Shown: piece by piece, positions 12,106 to 24,621 of the stretch
How positions within the stretch are numbered: position 1 is the first letter of the stretch
Layout of the letters: each line of letters starts with the position of its first letter
NCBI RefSeq assembly: GCF_006345805.1
Contig: NW_021833281.1
Coordinates: forward strand, 1 to 64,000
Direction: 5' to 3'
From: Octopus sinensis
Lineage: Eukaryota
Length of the DNA: 64,000 nt
The notes under the pieces: model-generated
Databases searched by the model: none
Seen by the model: the letters and a program-made list of their open reading frames with translations, nothing else
What the model was told of the DNA's origin: nothing
Position numbers and translations under genes: made by a program

Positions 12106-13800
12106 GGGAAAGTTAGAAAAATCAACGAAAATTCACATTATAAATAAAAAAGTAAAGGCTTTTAATGAAAGGTAACGACAGATATATACAATTAGATGAA
12201 CTGAGGTAGGAATAAAAGTAATAAATGTCATTATTGTGAGATTATTAAAGAGATTCAAGCATACCGTAGTTTCGTAAGTTACTATTCATTGCTTTGAATA
12301 TATATATAAGAGAAAATACCCTATATACGTAGGTGTACTTTAAGATAGATAGCGTAATATACTAAATAATAGTTAGAGAGCTTAGAGGAAAATTGTAAGT
12401 TTAAGATAGTGTTAGAAGTGAAAAGAGTGAAAAAGTTAAATGAAGGACACGTAGACGAAAAAAGGGACATGAAAAAAGATGAAAGGTGTTCGCATGGCAG
12501 CATAACTGTCAATCTTTTAAAAGGGGTGAGCCCTAGGTGTGAAGCTAAGTGTAGAGACAGTGAAGTTAAATAGCAAAGGAGTGTAAAGTTGATAAAGAGG
12601 AAGATATGAATTAATTGGAAGACCTGGCCAATTTTATGCTGGAAATCAGTTTGCCTTGACTGTTAACTGTCAGTATGTTGCAAGTCATTGAAGTGTGCTA
12701 ACGTATGACGACGTCAGTAGGACTTGAAAAGAAGGTTATAAATACAGATGAGAGCTGAAATCGATCTTGTTAGGAGTGAAAAATGGTGACAGGAGGAGTG
12801 ATTATATAACTAATTAACAAACATACAATCACTTAGATAAATATTACAATATTAGTAAATAAGGGCTAAAGGATATAAACTTATATATAATTTTGACAAC
12901 AGAAAGTATAAAGGGCAAAGTCGTGACTAACAATGAAGTAGAATACACAGATATATATCACAGGGTGAATATATCCGTTTATGGTAGAAAAATACGAATT
13001 AAAGACGCTGTCTGCAAAAGGCTGATAGTCACCTTAAAATCTGAATTCCCCCTTAAAATTATTGCCAGAGAGATCGCATTGATCTCAACCACCTTGGTAC
13101 AGCCTTTCCGTATTAATAATGGTCCAGGTAATATTATAAGGGATGGATATTATTCGTAAGATGGTGTATAGAATTAGTTAATGAGGTGGAAGTTTGATGC
13201 TTTGCAGAAGCAAAGCAAGTAAGATGGGACAAAAATCTTCTCTTAAAGTCTCTAAATTTTAGAGCAGTTCTGATATTTGTTATGTGCAGTGCATTTCTCA
13301 AGAATAACCATTCAAGGGGTATTTTTATCTTGTATTAATCAGCAATTATTGTTAATCCCATTATTGCTTTAATACGTTTCGTTAGTTAAACTAGTATTTA
13401 TATTGCGCTAACAAAATTTAGCATCCCATATAATGAAACTATCTCGTTTATTAGCGTGAATTTGGCCAGTCTAGATGAATGGGTGCGACGATATACCTCT
13501 TTTAACTACTATGATTAATATAGCTAATAGAGTTGCTACCTCTATTATTATCTCCAGCAGTAATTTCGCAAATACGTTCCCCATTAATTTCAGTAATAGC
13601 ATTAAAAACATTAGCAGGATAAGTGAATCAATATTATGGAGAGCATAGGAGTAGCAGTGGCAATTTGAAAGCGGGATGGATTCCTACTTACATACTTATT
13701 ACCATGATTTCTACCTTTAAAGTTGATACCCGATTTAATATTGTAATTTAGTGAGAGAATTTTGTTGCCAGTGGTGTACATGCTATTCCAGACTCTGTTC
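12106..13800 (-). mobile_element. Decayed Penelope-like element remnant
   Basis: Minus-strand VYRRTHSSRLAKF (~13455-13500) resembles the PLE VYRKPTHTG motif. A hammerhead-like motif lies at the 3' end, which abuts (TA)n at 12084-12105. Confidence 0.4.
12254..12298 (-). ncRNA. Minimal type I hammerhead-like motif with A3:U8 core
   Basis: Minus strand: UUCAAAGCA-AUGAAUA-GUA(ACU)UAC-GAAAC-UACG-GUA/UGCUUGAA. Helix I is 8 bp with one bulge, helix II is 3 bp, and the cleavage triplet is GUA. Confidence 0.55.
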
Positions 13801-13940
13801 AAACGTGGTCGTTTCTTGTCTCGCGTGACTGGTTATATATACTTTCCAAACCTGAGACATTATTGTAGATATTATTAATGACTATGCTAATCCTGTTATC
13901 GCTTTTAACGTGTAGTTATTGTTATTATTATTATTATTAC

Positions 13941-14425
<485 letters not shown>

Positions 14426-14429
14426 GTTT

Positions 14430-14640
14430 TGCTTTCCTTCTTGTCTGTTCGTGGGCCAAAGGGGATAGCAACGTCAACTATATAGCATACAGGTGCACCA
14501 TGTGCCACATGCCAGATGACGAAACGATCGCAGTGCAATGTCAAATGAAGTGCTTTGCTCAAGAGCACAACGCAACGCCCGGTCTGGGAATTGAACCCAC
14601 GATCTTGCAACCGTGAGTACAACACCCTAACTGCTAAACC
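14430..14640 (-). mobile_element. tRNA-derived SINE
   Basis: Minus-strand box-B-like GGGTTCAATTCCC followed by TTGAGCAAAGCACTT, a body segment shared with the SINEs at 17693 and 61905. Confidence 0.65.
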
Positions 14641-15702
14641 ATATACACACACACACACCACACACACGCACACACACACACACACATATATATATACACA
14701 CGTACTCATTGGTACGTGTATATGTACGAATGAGGGTAAGCGTGTATACATGTATGTGGGTATATGTAAATATACGTACACATGCAAGGTATATATACCT
14801 GCATATGCAGGGGCGATGATACATACAGATGAACGTATAAGTGAGCGTGTATGAGTGCATATGCATGCGAGTAAGGATTGTATATGTAACTTATCTAATA
14901 TATACATGTATATACATCTTCACATATATTTTCTCATATTACTAAGCACTGAACTGCTAAGTATATAAATTCCTTAATTCTTAATATCTCTGCCCCTACA
15001 CTTACACTCTACTACTACACATTTGTCATTCCTTTACCTCTTAACCCCCACCACATTCCTCTATCATTTACACTATAATAATTTTCTCTCTCTTTCACCC
15101 TTCATATCACCACTCCTACTTTCAAATTATCTCCACTGACCACTGACTCATCTACATCTCCATTTTTCTTTTTTCTTTTTTCTTTATTCGATTTGTCCCT
15201 CTCTTCAGGGTTTTTCTTTTTTATTATTTTGTTATTTTTACTAATCTCCTTTCTCCTTTCTCTTTCATTTTTCTTTCTCTTCTCTTTTTTTACTCTCCTT
15301 TTTTTTTCTCTTTCTTTCATTCCTCTCTTCCTGTTTTCAATTTGACCTTACTAATACACTCCCTATTTTTAGGTCACTTTAAATACAAACCTTTGACTCT
15401 GCAACACTATGTATAAATTCTCTACTTGGAATGACCAAGTTTAAAAATATGCTGGATCTCACACATAAGGGAATCTTACATTGCTTATAAACTTTATATT
15501 TGGAAAGACTCATTTTAAACTTTGTTGGACTTTTGGACTTTACTCACAGGATATTGGAATATTGCATACATACCATTATACCTACAAAATGGATTTACAA
15601 CTTCAATAACCACACATATCTTCCATCTATTTTCTTTCTTCCACCTCACTCTCTATTTTGTATCACATCTAAACTGATTATGACTTAACTTTCCTCTCAC
15701 AT

Positions 15703-15756
15703 CGTGTCCGATGAAGGGATATTATTAATAAATATCTCAGAAACAGCTGTAAGACC
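15703..15756 (+). ncRNA. Degenerate type I hammerhead motif
   Basis: CCGAUGA (U4C), GGGAUAUU/AAUAUCUC helix II, GAAAC-AGCU-GUA with palindrome ACAGCUGU; helix I only partly paired. Confidence 0.45.
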
Positions 15757-15823
15757 TTCTATCTATAAATGCTCTAATATCTATACAACCTTGTTTTTTA
15801 TCTTATTACGCAAATATATATAG

Positions 15824-15907
<84 letters not shown>

Positions 15908-16003
15908 CTGTTGCCGCATTACGTCGTACGCGAATGAGAGGATTTGCATCCCCAACCAAGAATTTTTGATGTAATACATGTCCTTGAAGAAGTAGTTGTG
16001 CGC

Positions 16004-16082
16004 GCGTGCTGAAGAAGGCCACAGACGCACATTATGCATTGTTATAAATCCGTCTAATAAAGGCCTGAAACATATGTACCGC
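16004..16082 (+). ncRNA. Type I hammerhead ribozyme motif
   Basis: CUGAAGA at 16009-16015; helix II AGGCC/GGCCU with an inner AGACG/CGUCU stem; GAAA at 16067-16070; palindromic ACAUAUGU; GUA site at 16078; helix I 4 bp with a bulge. Confidence 0.7.
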
Positions 16083-16115
16083 TGAATCCTTGGCATCATG
16101 TTTTTATTTTGATTA

Positions 16116-16154
<39 letters not shown>

Positions 16155-16300
16155 TAGATAGGGAGAATTCACAAAAAAACCCAACAAAGGACGAAGACAG
16201 GTGGTGTAGACAACAAATAGATGTATTAGTATAACGCTCGGAAGCGAAAAGGTCTTTAAGGTTTCATGCCTATGCTCTTCCACAGAAAGAAACACACACA
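16155..16300 (-). mobile_element. Short PLE-terminus-like repeat with a degenerate hammerhead (same family as 19240-19400)
   Basis: Minus strand CUUU-CUGUGGA-A-GAGCAUAGGCAU-GAAACCUU-AAAG; the 3' end abuts (TA)n. Confidence 0.5.
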
Positions 16301-16302
16301 AA

Positions 16303-16391
<89 letters not shown>

Positions 16392-16484
16392 ATTTATTAT
16401 CTAAATCTGATTTTTATAGAACTATCCTGAATGTTTCATGAGTGTAGCCTCACCCCCTTAGATGTTTTGAGAACTCAGATGTTT

Positions 16485-16573
16485 TTTCGGCTGATGAGTA
16501 CGGGCCACATGTATTTGCTGCAATATTTGCAGCCTTAATAAAGGTGTCTTCGTACGAAACAATTGTACCGAAA
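16485..16573 (+). ncRNA. Type I hammerhead ribozyme motif with a canonical core
   Basis: Helix I UUUCGG/CCGAAA (6 bp); CUGAUGA at 16491-16497; helix II GUACG/CGUAC with an inner GCUGCAA/UUGCAGC hairpin; GAAA at 16556-16559; palindromic ACAAUUGU; GUA site at 16567. Confidence 0.85.
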
Positions 16574-16723
16574 TATTGATCCATTTTTGTTGCTTTTTTC
16601 CTGCTTATAATCACCCCGCATTATCTTATGGTTAATACCATATAGATTTCTGGTGCATCTAAGTTAAGTACCTCATTCATGTGAATTCAACAGAACTCAC
16701 TTGAATCTTAATTACTTTTACTG

Positions 16724-16755
<32 letters not shown>

Positions 16756-17608
16756 TACACACACACATAAATAATCAGAAAATGGAAGAAAACTAAAAAC
16801 CGTTGGACTTAGACTTGCCTCATTGTGAACCACAGGTGTGATTCTCGGTAATAATTTCTGTGAATCAGTTTTCTTAAGCACCCTACGGTAATTGTTTATA
16901 TTGAGTTTGCTTCGCTAGCATTGGTACCGCCCTTTAATAATCATGCTAAAATTTTCCTTGTATACACTTTCTTGATAACTTCTTTTTTTAAACATCCTGC
17001 CCTCCCCTTTAAATTGCATCCACCCATTAATAGTAGTAGTATTCTCTAGACCACTCCTAGCTCACTCTTTTACATACGGACCTCGTAACCCCTAGATGGT
17101 AAATTATATGCTTTTAACATATTGGTCTTCTAAACTTTTTGTCTAGGCCATGTTTTCTTTCCTTTTTCTTCTTCCCTTTGTTTATATTGTTTGCTCTTGG
17201 TTTTTACTCCGTGCTTTAATTCGAATGCCCTATGAAGATGGAGAACTTTATTCTCGCATTTATTTATAGACAGCATTTTGGCAACTGATCGGAAACGGCC
17301 GTAAGATATGTTACGTCACATGTTTGTTATGTCATGCTTTGCATTAATAAATAAGCTATAAATGTGGTCCAATCGATGTGTTTGTTAATCAGTGGTTTTC
17401 TCCATTTTCTAATTATTTGCATTGGTTCCTGATAAAGTCTTGTTTATCCTGTTGTTACCTGCATTCGACGTGTATGGTGTGCCGGCACACCATTGCCCGG
17501 GGATAATACAGGTAACGGTTACCGATAGTATATACAGATATTTTATTACTTACTCAGTTACTATAACCGATAACTCTTTGCGCCTCCACTAGATATGTAT
17601 ATATATAT

Positions 17609-17657
<49 letters not shown>

Positions 17658-17692
17658 CGCATACGTAAATACATGCATTCATACATATATTG

Positions 17693-18011
17693 GAGGAGAC
17701 CTTCTTCGGTCATGAATGACCATGGGATTGCACCTAGAAAGTTATCCTCCGAGGCACAAGTCCGGGCAAGGTTGTTTATGGAGGACCAGCCTCTCCTCTC
17801 CATACCATTGATGTTATCCAAGGGAAAGGCAGAGGCCGATACAGCTTGGAACTAGTAACGTCGCAATTCATTTCTACTGCTGAGTTAACTGGAGCAGCGT
17901 GAAATAAAGTGTCTCGCTCAAGAACACAACACGCAGCCCGGTCCGGGAATCGAACTCACAACCTCATGACCGTAAGCTCGACGCTGTAACCACTGAGCCA
18001 TGCGCCTTCAC
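17693..18011 (-). mobile_element. tRNA-derived SINE (GAAGGCGCATGGCTCAGTGG head)
   Basis: Box A TGGCTCAGTGG and box B GAGTTCGATTCC on the minus strand; the tail matches the copy at 61905-62232. Confidence 0.85.
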
Positions 18012-18030
18012 CATATATATATATATATAT

Positions 18031-18420
18031 AGGCGTAGGAGTGGCTGTGTGGTAAGTAGCTTGTTTACTAACCACATGATTCCGGGTTCAGTCCCACTGC
18101 GTGACACCTTGGGCAAGTGTCTTCTACTATAGCCTCGGGCCGACCAAAGCCTTGTGAGTGGATTTGGTATACTGAAACTGAAAAGAAGCCCGTCGTATAT
18201 ATGTATATATATATATGCGTGTGTGTGTTTGTGTGTCTGTGTTTGTCCTCCTAGCATTGCTTGACAACCGATGCTGGTGTGTTTATGTCCCCGTTACTTA
18301 GCGGTTCGGCAAAAGAGACCGATAGAATAAGTACTGGGCTTACAAAAGAATAAGTTCCGGGGTCGAATTGCTCGATTAAAGGCGGTGCTCTAGCATGGCT
18401 GCAGTCAAATGACTGAAACA
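18031..18420 (+). mobile_element. tRNA-derived SINE (GGAGTGGCTGTGTGGTAAG head)
   Basis: Box A TGGCTGTGTGG and box B GGTTCAGTCCC. Further partial copies at 18465-18625 (-), 40170-40260 (-) and 40735-40890 (+). Confidence 0.85.
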
Positions 18421-18427
18421 CGTAAAA

Positions 18428-18467
<40 letters not shown>

Positions 18468-19239
18468 TACGAAATTCCTTCAGTTTCCGTCTCCACTCAC
18501 AATGTTTTGGTCGAACTGAAGCTATAGTAGAAGACACGTGCCCAAAGTGCCAGGCAGTGCGTTTGATCCCGGAACCATATGTTTGGAGAGCAAGTGTCTT
18601 ATCACACAGTCGCACGTGGCACATCATTATATCTTGTTCAACTCATCTCTACTGGAACCACAAATATGACGCATAGATCTCATGAGTAGAATAAAGTCTT
18701 GTTAGTTTGGCTTGTCGCTATGATTTTGTTTTAACGGCTCTAATTCAGCGAATGGGAGTGTAGCACCAATATCCGGTTCAGATAAGAAGAAGACTTTCAT
18801 CAAATGAAATATCATCATCACACTTGGACAATAACACTCACAGGCAAACACACATACATGTAACTGTGTGGTAGTAAGCAAGGTTAATTCTTCGTTGCTG
18901 AAGGATTGGTAGGTGAAAAGAAACATTCTCATTAACACAAAGTTATAAGAGACGCTGCGAACTTTAGAATAAACATGTATCTAGTCTTTATCTACACAGA
19001 ATCACAATCACATAATGATTTATATGTATACATACGCGCACACATACGACACACAAACACACACACAGACACGCACACACAGACGTACACACACAAACAC
19101 ACACATGCACACACACACATACATTTATATACATACATAGATACACACATACATAAATGTATATATGTGTGTATATATATATATACGTATATGTATACTT
19201 AGATGTATACACACACACACACATATATATATATAGTTG

Positions 19240-19400
19240 AAATTTACAGAAAGACAAAAAGTCGAAGAAGGTGTATAAACAACAAGCGGGTGTATTAGTT
19301 TGATGCCCCAGAATGTGAATCTTTTATGTTTCGAGCCTACGCTCTTCAACAGAAAGGAACACAGAGAAATAAAAACAGAGAGAGAAGGGGACAGAATAAA
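19240..19400 (-). mobile_element. Short PLE-terminus-like repeat with a CUGUUGA hammerhead variant (19321-19356)
   Basis: Minus strand CUUU-CUGUUGA-A-GAGC(GUAG)GCUC-GAAACAUA-AAAG; the 3' end runs into TA/CA repeats. Confidence 0.55.
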
Positions 19401-21294
19401 ATAATTTTTGGAGTTAAGGAAAAATTTGTAGGTGTAGACGATCTTTAATTCATAAATTCATAATCCAGTTTGGTACAGATCCAATATAAATTCTACAAAT
19501 TGTTTCGGAGTCTACTTAATTCCAAAGACATAAACGAAAAACTCTTCTTGAAATAAAAATGAGATTCTTCGTCAGGAATTACATACTGGTATGAATAATT
19601 ACGACCGACAAAAATATACAAAAACCCTTCATAGCTCAGACGGGAACGAGCAAATATTATTTGTTCGTTCCCGTTCGTTCCCGTCTGGGCAATGTTTTTC
19701 TAAAAGTAGGTTATGAATTTCTGTTGATCTATCCGAGAACCAGTCACTGGACTTATGGGATTTAAATCCCACTGACGAACTTGCAGCCTGAAATACTTTT
19801 GTTTTAAAATCTTCCCATAGATTGCCAGTGCTTTGAGGGAGTCATCCTCAGAACGCTGTGCCACAGTCACCTGGCGAACAAGCAAAATACATACAGTCTG
19901 TACGTGCGGTCGATAATGTTATCATATTAGCGCTACTTTTAATTCATAACAGAATTTAAACTTAAATATTAATCGTCGTGGTACACCAACAAATGGTTCT
20001 TAAACTATTTGTATATAGTCATAGACTGGCGAGGCAGTTCGTTTCCGGTTCGATTCAGATACGTTATGTTGATAAGCCACAAAAAATGGCGAAATATCAG
20101 TATCCGACATTCCTGGATGGGATTGGAAGTCTAGTAGTTTCACTTGTCTAAGACGTTCAAGTGTTTTAACACCCAGTGTTATGAGGGTGTCGTTTCAAGG
20201 TCGCTCCTCTGCAGTGAAGAGGCGAACAAGCAAAGCACATATACTGAGTATGTGCGGTCGATAATATATATATATATATACATACACCCCCCCCCACACA
20301 CATATGGTGACTGCGCCATCTTCACCGATGATTATCGTCTCCTTGTGTTACCACGTTGTCATTAGCATTTCTGACTTTCCATCCATGATCTCTCAGATGA
20401 CTATTCAATCCCACTCCTTTGTAACTTTGCTTCCAGCTGGTTAGGTCTGCACACGTCTCTACTCTTCCTTCGCCATATGACTTTCAGTATAATAAATGAC
20501 AAATGAGATCACAATAAAAAGACATGTATACATCACTGGATTATAGTGTTAAAAGCTGTTACAACACTCTCTGTGATTAGTACTTAATAAGAGACCGAAG
20601 CAAGATTGTTAGTAATCCTGTAAAACACAAAGTGTCTATCCCCCACCCTCCTGCTGGCTTTTCTCTACATTCTTATTAACCCATAGCTGTGGCCCTGGTA
20701 TGTGATACTACGCTGGGTGAGAACGGATCTGGGAACAATTTTGTATAAGAGGGGGTTCCACACTTCTCAAAAACCTGGAATTCCCGAACCAGAGTCCCAC
20801 CACCGGATACCGCTTGAAATATGATTGTGTCTGTATATATTAATATTTAGTTTATTTCTAGAGTTCATGCCAAAAGATAAAGACACCTTTTCTAACCGAG
20901 ACCCAAGGCTCCTTCATTGAAATTTTAGACAGCACCACCAAAGTATTTGTGTATGTTTGTGTGTCTGTCTGTACTATTTGGAATCAGTACATGTGCTGAG
21001 TTGTATGTTTTATGTATATATTTTCATGTATAGAGTTGTATGTCTCGACAAATGTTCGATTACATTTATACATACATATATATAAATATATAAAATTATA
21101 AATATATAAATATAAAAATATATACATTTATAAATTTATAAATTTATTTCGTCATTATATTTACTGCGGTGATATTTTGACCATAACGCACGAGGAGTTA
21201 CAGGCGGGTAATTTAAACTGGTCGAGTGCATACGTGCATATAAATGTATGTATACGTTCGTATATGTAAGCATTTGTATGTTATATGTATATAT

Positions 21295-21325
<31 letters not shown>

Positions 21326-21452
21326 TAAGGTATGTAGAAAAATACAACATGGACAAGAACGTATAACTCTTAGAAGACGACACAATAAACACGGACAGGA
21401 CACTCGAAACCCTCAGTCTTCAGTCAAGAATCGGATCATCGTAGTAATTCGG

Positions 21453-21519
<67 letters not shown>

Positions 21520-21847
21520 AGTTATGTTACTATCTGTGTATATTTCACTGATGAGGCAAAGAATTTCTTATGCAGAACCAGAACTGAGGGATCTGGAATT
21601 ATCGAGTAATTTTTTCTAGTTTATGTTGTCCTTTTGTCTTCTCTCCTAGAGCTGTATGAACATTTAATGTGGTTTTAGAGTCATGTTTTGACTGCTATTT
21701 CCAGCGTGGTGGTATCTATTAGATACCCTAAATTATAATTTTAATACATACATACTACTTACATACATACAATATACATACATACATACATATTTATATA
21801 TATATATATAATATATATGTATGTATGTATGTATGTATATATGAATG

Positions 21848-21912
<65 letters not shown>

Positions 21913-22091
21913 ATATACCTACAATAGCGACGATATGAATTTCTTCCATCTTCTTGCTCTGTTAAAATATTTGAGAAATATTATATTAATGTGTCCAACT
22001 GGTTAAAATTCTATTTATTTATTTGTGCAGCTGAAGATGGCACTGCATTTAAATTGATATAATGATTGCATTGTTCAGTTAAATGGAGCCG

Positions 22092-24290
22092 TATCAGTCT
22101 ACGCACCGCCTTTAACAGGTCGGCCGGATTTCTTTCGACGTCTAGAAGTATTCCTGGGAACGTCTCGTCCTTTACTTTTAGTGGGGGATTGGAATGCTAC
22201 CTTGGACACGCATCTAGACTATGTGGGGAGAGACAAAAACAGAAGGGGTTGCAAATGCCTCAGAGACCTGCTCAGTCGATTCCAACTGTCTGACAGGTAC
22301 CGACTCGACCACCCAAATGCACCAACGTGGACATGGAGCAACCGCAGTGGGTCGTCGAGATCGTATCTAGATAGGATACTGTGTAGGACAGTAGACAGGG
22401 ATAACTAAGGATGTCCACAATTCCACACAGTCAGCTACACGGATCACAAACTCATGACGTGTACGCTAGACTTAGATAAGGCACATAGACAGGGTCCTGG
22501 TTACTGGAAACTGAACGCATCTTTCCCGTCCAGACAGGTTTTCAGAGACAGAATCAACACGTTAGTGAAAAGGGCTTTAACGGGAGCCATTGTCAACAAC
22601 AAATGGTGGTTCGCCCTCAAGAGAGCAGTAAAAGCGGAAGCAATTAGATATAGCAAGGCACTAGCCGTAGATAGAAATAAAGTAGAGGGTGAGCTAGTTA
22701 AGAAGTTAGAAGAGGCAATAAGAAGCGGCATCGCATCCGACGTTTTAGCGGCGAGGTTGGCCCTTGACCAACACTTCAACGCCAAACACGTGCTCTAAGG
22801 ATGGAAGGTATTGGAGCCGCGAGGGAGGCCCGGGTGGCGGAGGCGCAGCAGGGCAACAAAGCCACCTTTCGGTCTCTGGTAGATGAACAAGGGCGCGAAT
22901 TGCTCGAGCCCAGCAAGATGAGCGAGACATTTCAGCGGCACTTTGCTCGACTGTACGGGACGAGTAGCGAGCGTGAACGCAGGGTGGTCTTCAGTGCCTA
23001 CCTGCACAGCCTACAACGACTCTCGGCAAGAGAGGCAAAGTGCTGCGAAGGTGCCATTACGGCGGCGGATGTGCGGGACGCGATGGCAGAATGCTCGAGA
23101 GACAATACGCCGGGTTTGGATGGTCTGCCCTACAAGTTTTACAATTGTATGCCAGACTTGTTTGGAGACGTCTTGGCAGCGGTATGCTGCAACTGGCAGC
23201 AAAACGGGAGCATACCCGGTTTTGTGAGTTGAGGAGCCGTAACGCTGTTGAAGAAAGATCCAAACAAGGGGAACATTATAGATAACTTTAGACCAATCAC
23301 TCTGCTCAATGCAGACCTGAAAATTTTGACAAAGGTGTTAGCCAAGAGGTTGGCGCTTGTCATCGAGAAACTGGTCGACAACGCACAAACGTGCGCCGTG
23401 CCGGGCCGGAGCATCCATGACAACCTCCATCTGATGCGCTACATCATAGACAGAGGAGTTAAGGAACCTGGCAAGGGTGGGGCCCTGATCAACTTGGATC
23501 AATCGAAAGCCTTCGATAGGGTAGACCATCGATACTTGGAGGCAGTCCTGAGAGCGGCTGGTTTCGGTCCTGTCTTCCGCGGCTGGATAGCTGCCTTGTA
23601 CAGAGGCATCCGTTCGGTAATTCGCGTAAATGGACATCTATCGAGACCTTTCGACATTGCACGTTCGGTCCGTCAGGGATGCCCCCTCTCGGCGCTTCTA
23701 TACGTATTGACTCTTGAGCCACTACTGCGGAAGTTGGCGACTCTGAGGGGCATCCCGCGAGAATTGGGATGCGGGACGAGCGTGTCTGCATACGCGGACG
23801 ACGTCACCGTCATAGTGTCAAGTCACGAGCACATCGAGCTGGTCGGCGAGACACTGAAAGACTACGAAGCGGTGACAGGAGCAAAAATCAACCGGGAAAA
23901 GTCAGTGGGCTTGCGGCTCGGCACCTAGAGAAGCAAGCCCATGCCGTCCACCAGTATCTCCGTCGTGGGACGCTGAACAGACGCCCCGGTTGAGTTGCTC
24001 GGGGTCTGGTTCGGTCCGGACCTCCAAATGGAGTAGAACTGGAACGAGATAACGAGTAGGGTTACACTTCATATTGACATTTCTGTGATAACGATCCCTA
24101 TTGATCAATTTTTTTTCCTCCCCCCCCACTTAAAAAAAAAATTTTATCCACCCCTTTTTTGTCCTCTTTCTTTCCTTTTACGATCCCTTTTGATCGAAAA
24201 CCAAACCCTCTTTTTTTACCCCCAAAAGAAAAGCTCTACCTTGTAATTTGTCCTGTCTATGTGCAGCCCTGTGTGGCTAATAAAGAAACA
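22092..24290 (+). mobile_element. Tx1/L1-clade LINE ORF2 (APE C-terminus + RT) joined to its 3'UTR; 5'-truncated, several stops
   Basis: GDWNATLD, SYLDRIL, SYTDHK, GPGYWKLN, RPITLLNADLKIL, LDQSKAFDRVDH, VRQGCPLS, AYADD. AATAAA at 24279 is followed by (TATC)n. Confidence 0.9.
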
Positions 24291-24433
24291 TATCTATCTA
24301 TCTATCTATAGATCATATAATATATGATATTATATAACACCCACTCATACATCCATATATATATATAATATATATATATATATTACAGGCACATACATTG
24401 ATACACAATTATACATACATACATACATATATG

Positions 24434-24566
<133 letters not shown>

Positions 24567-24588
24567 TAGATAGATAGATAAACAGATA

Positions 24589-24621
<33 letters not shown>

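Noticed and set aside
21380-21450. CUGAAGA on the minus strand in a TA-flanked short repeat
   Set aside because: No helix II followed by GAAA; not a hammerhead.
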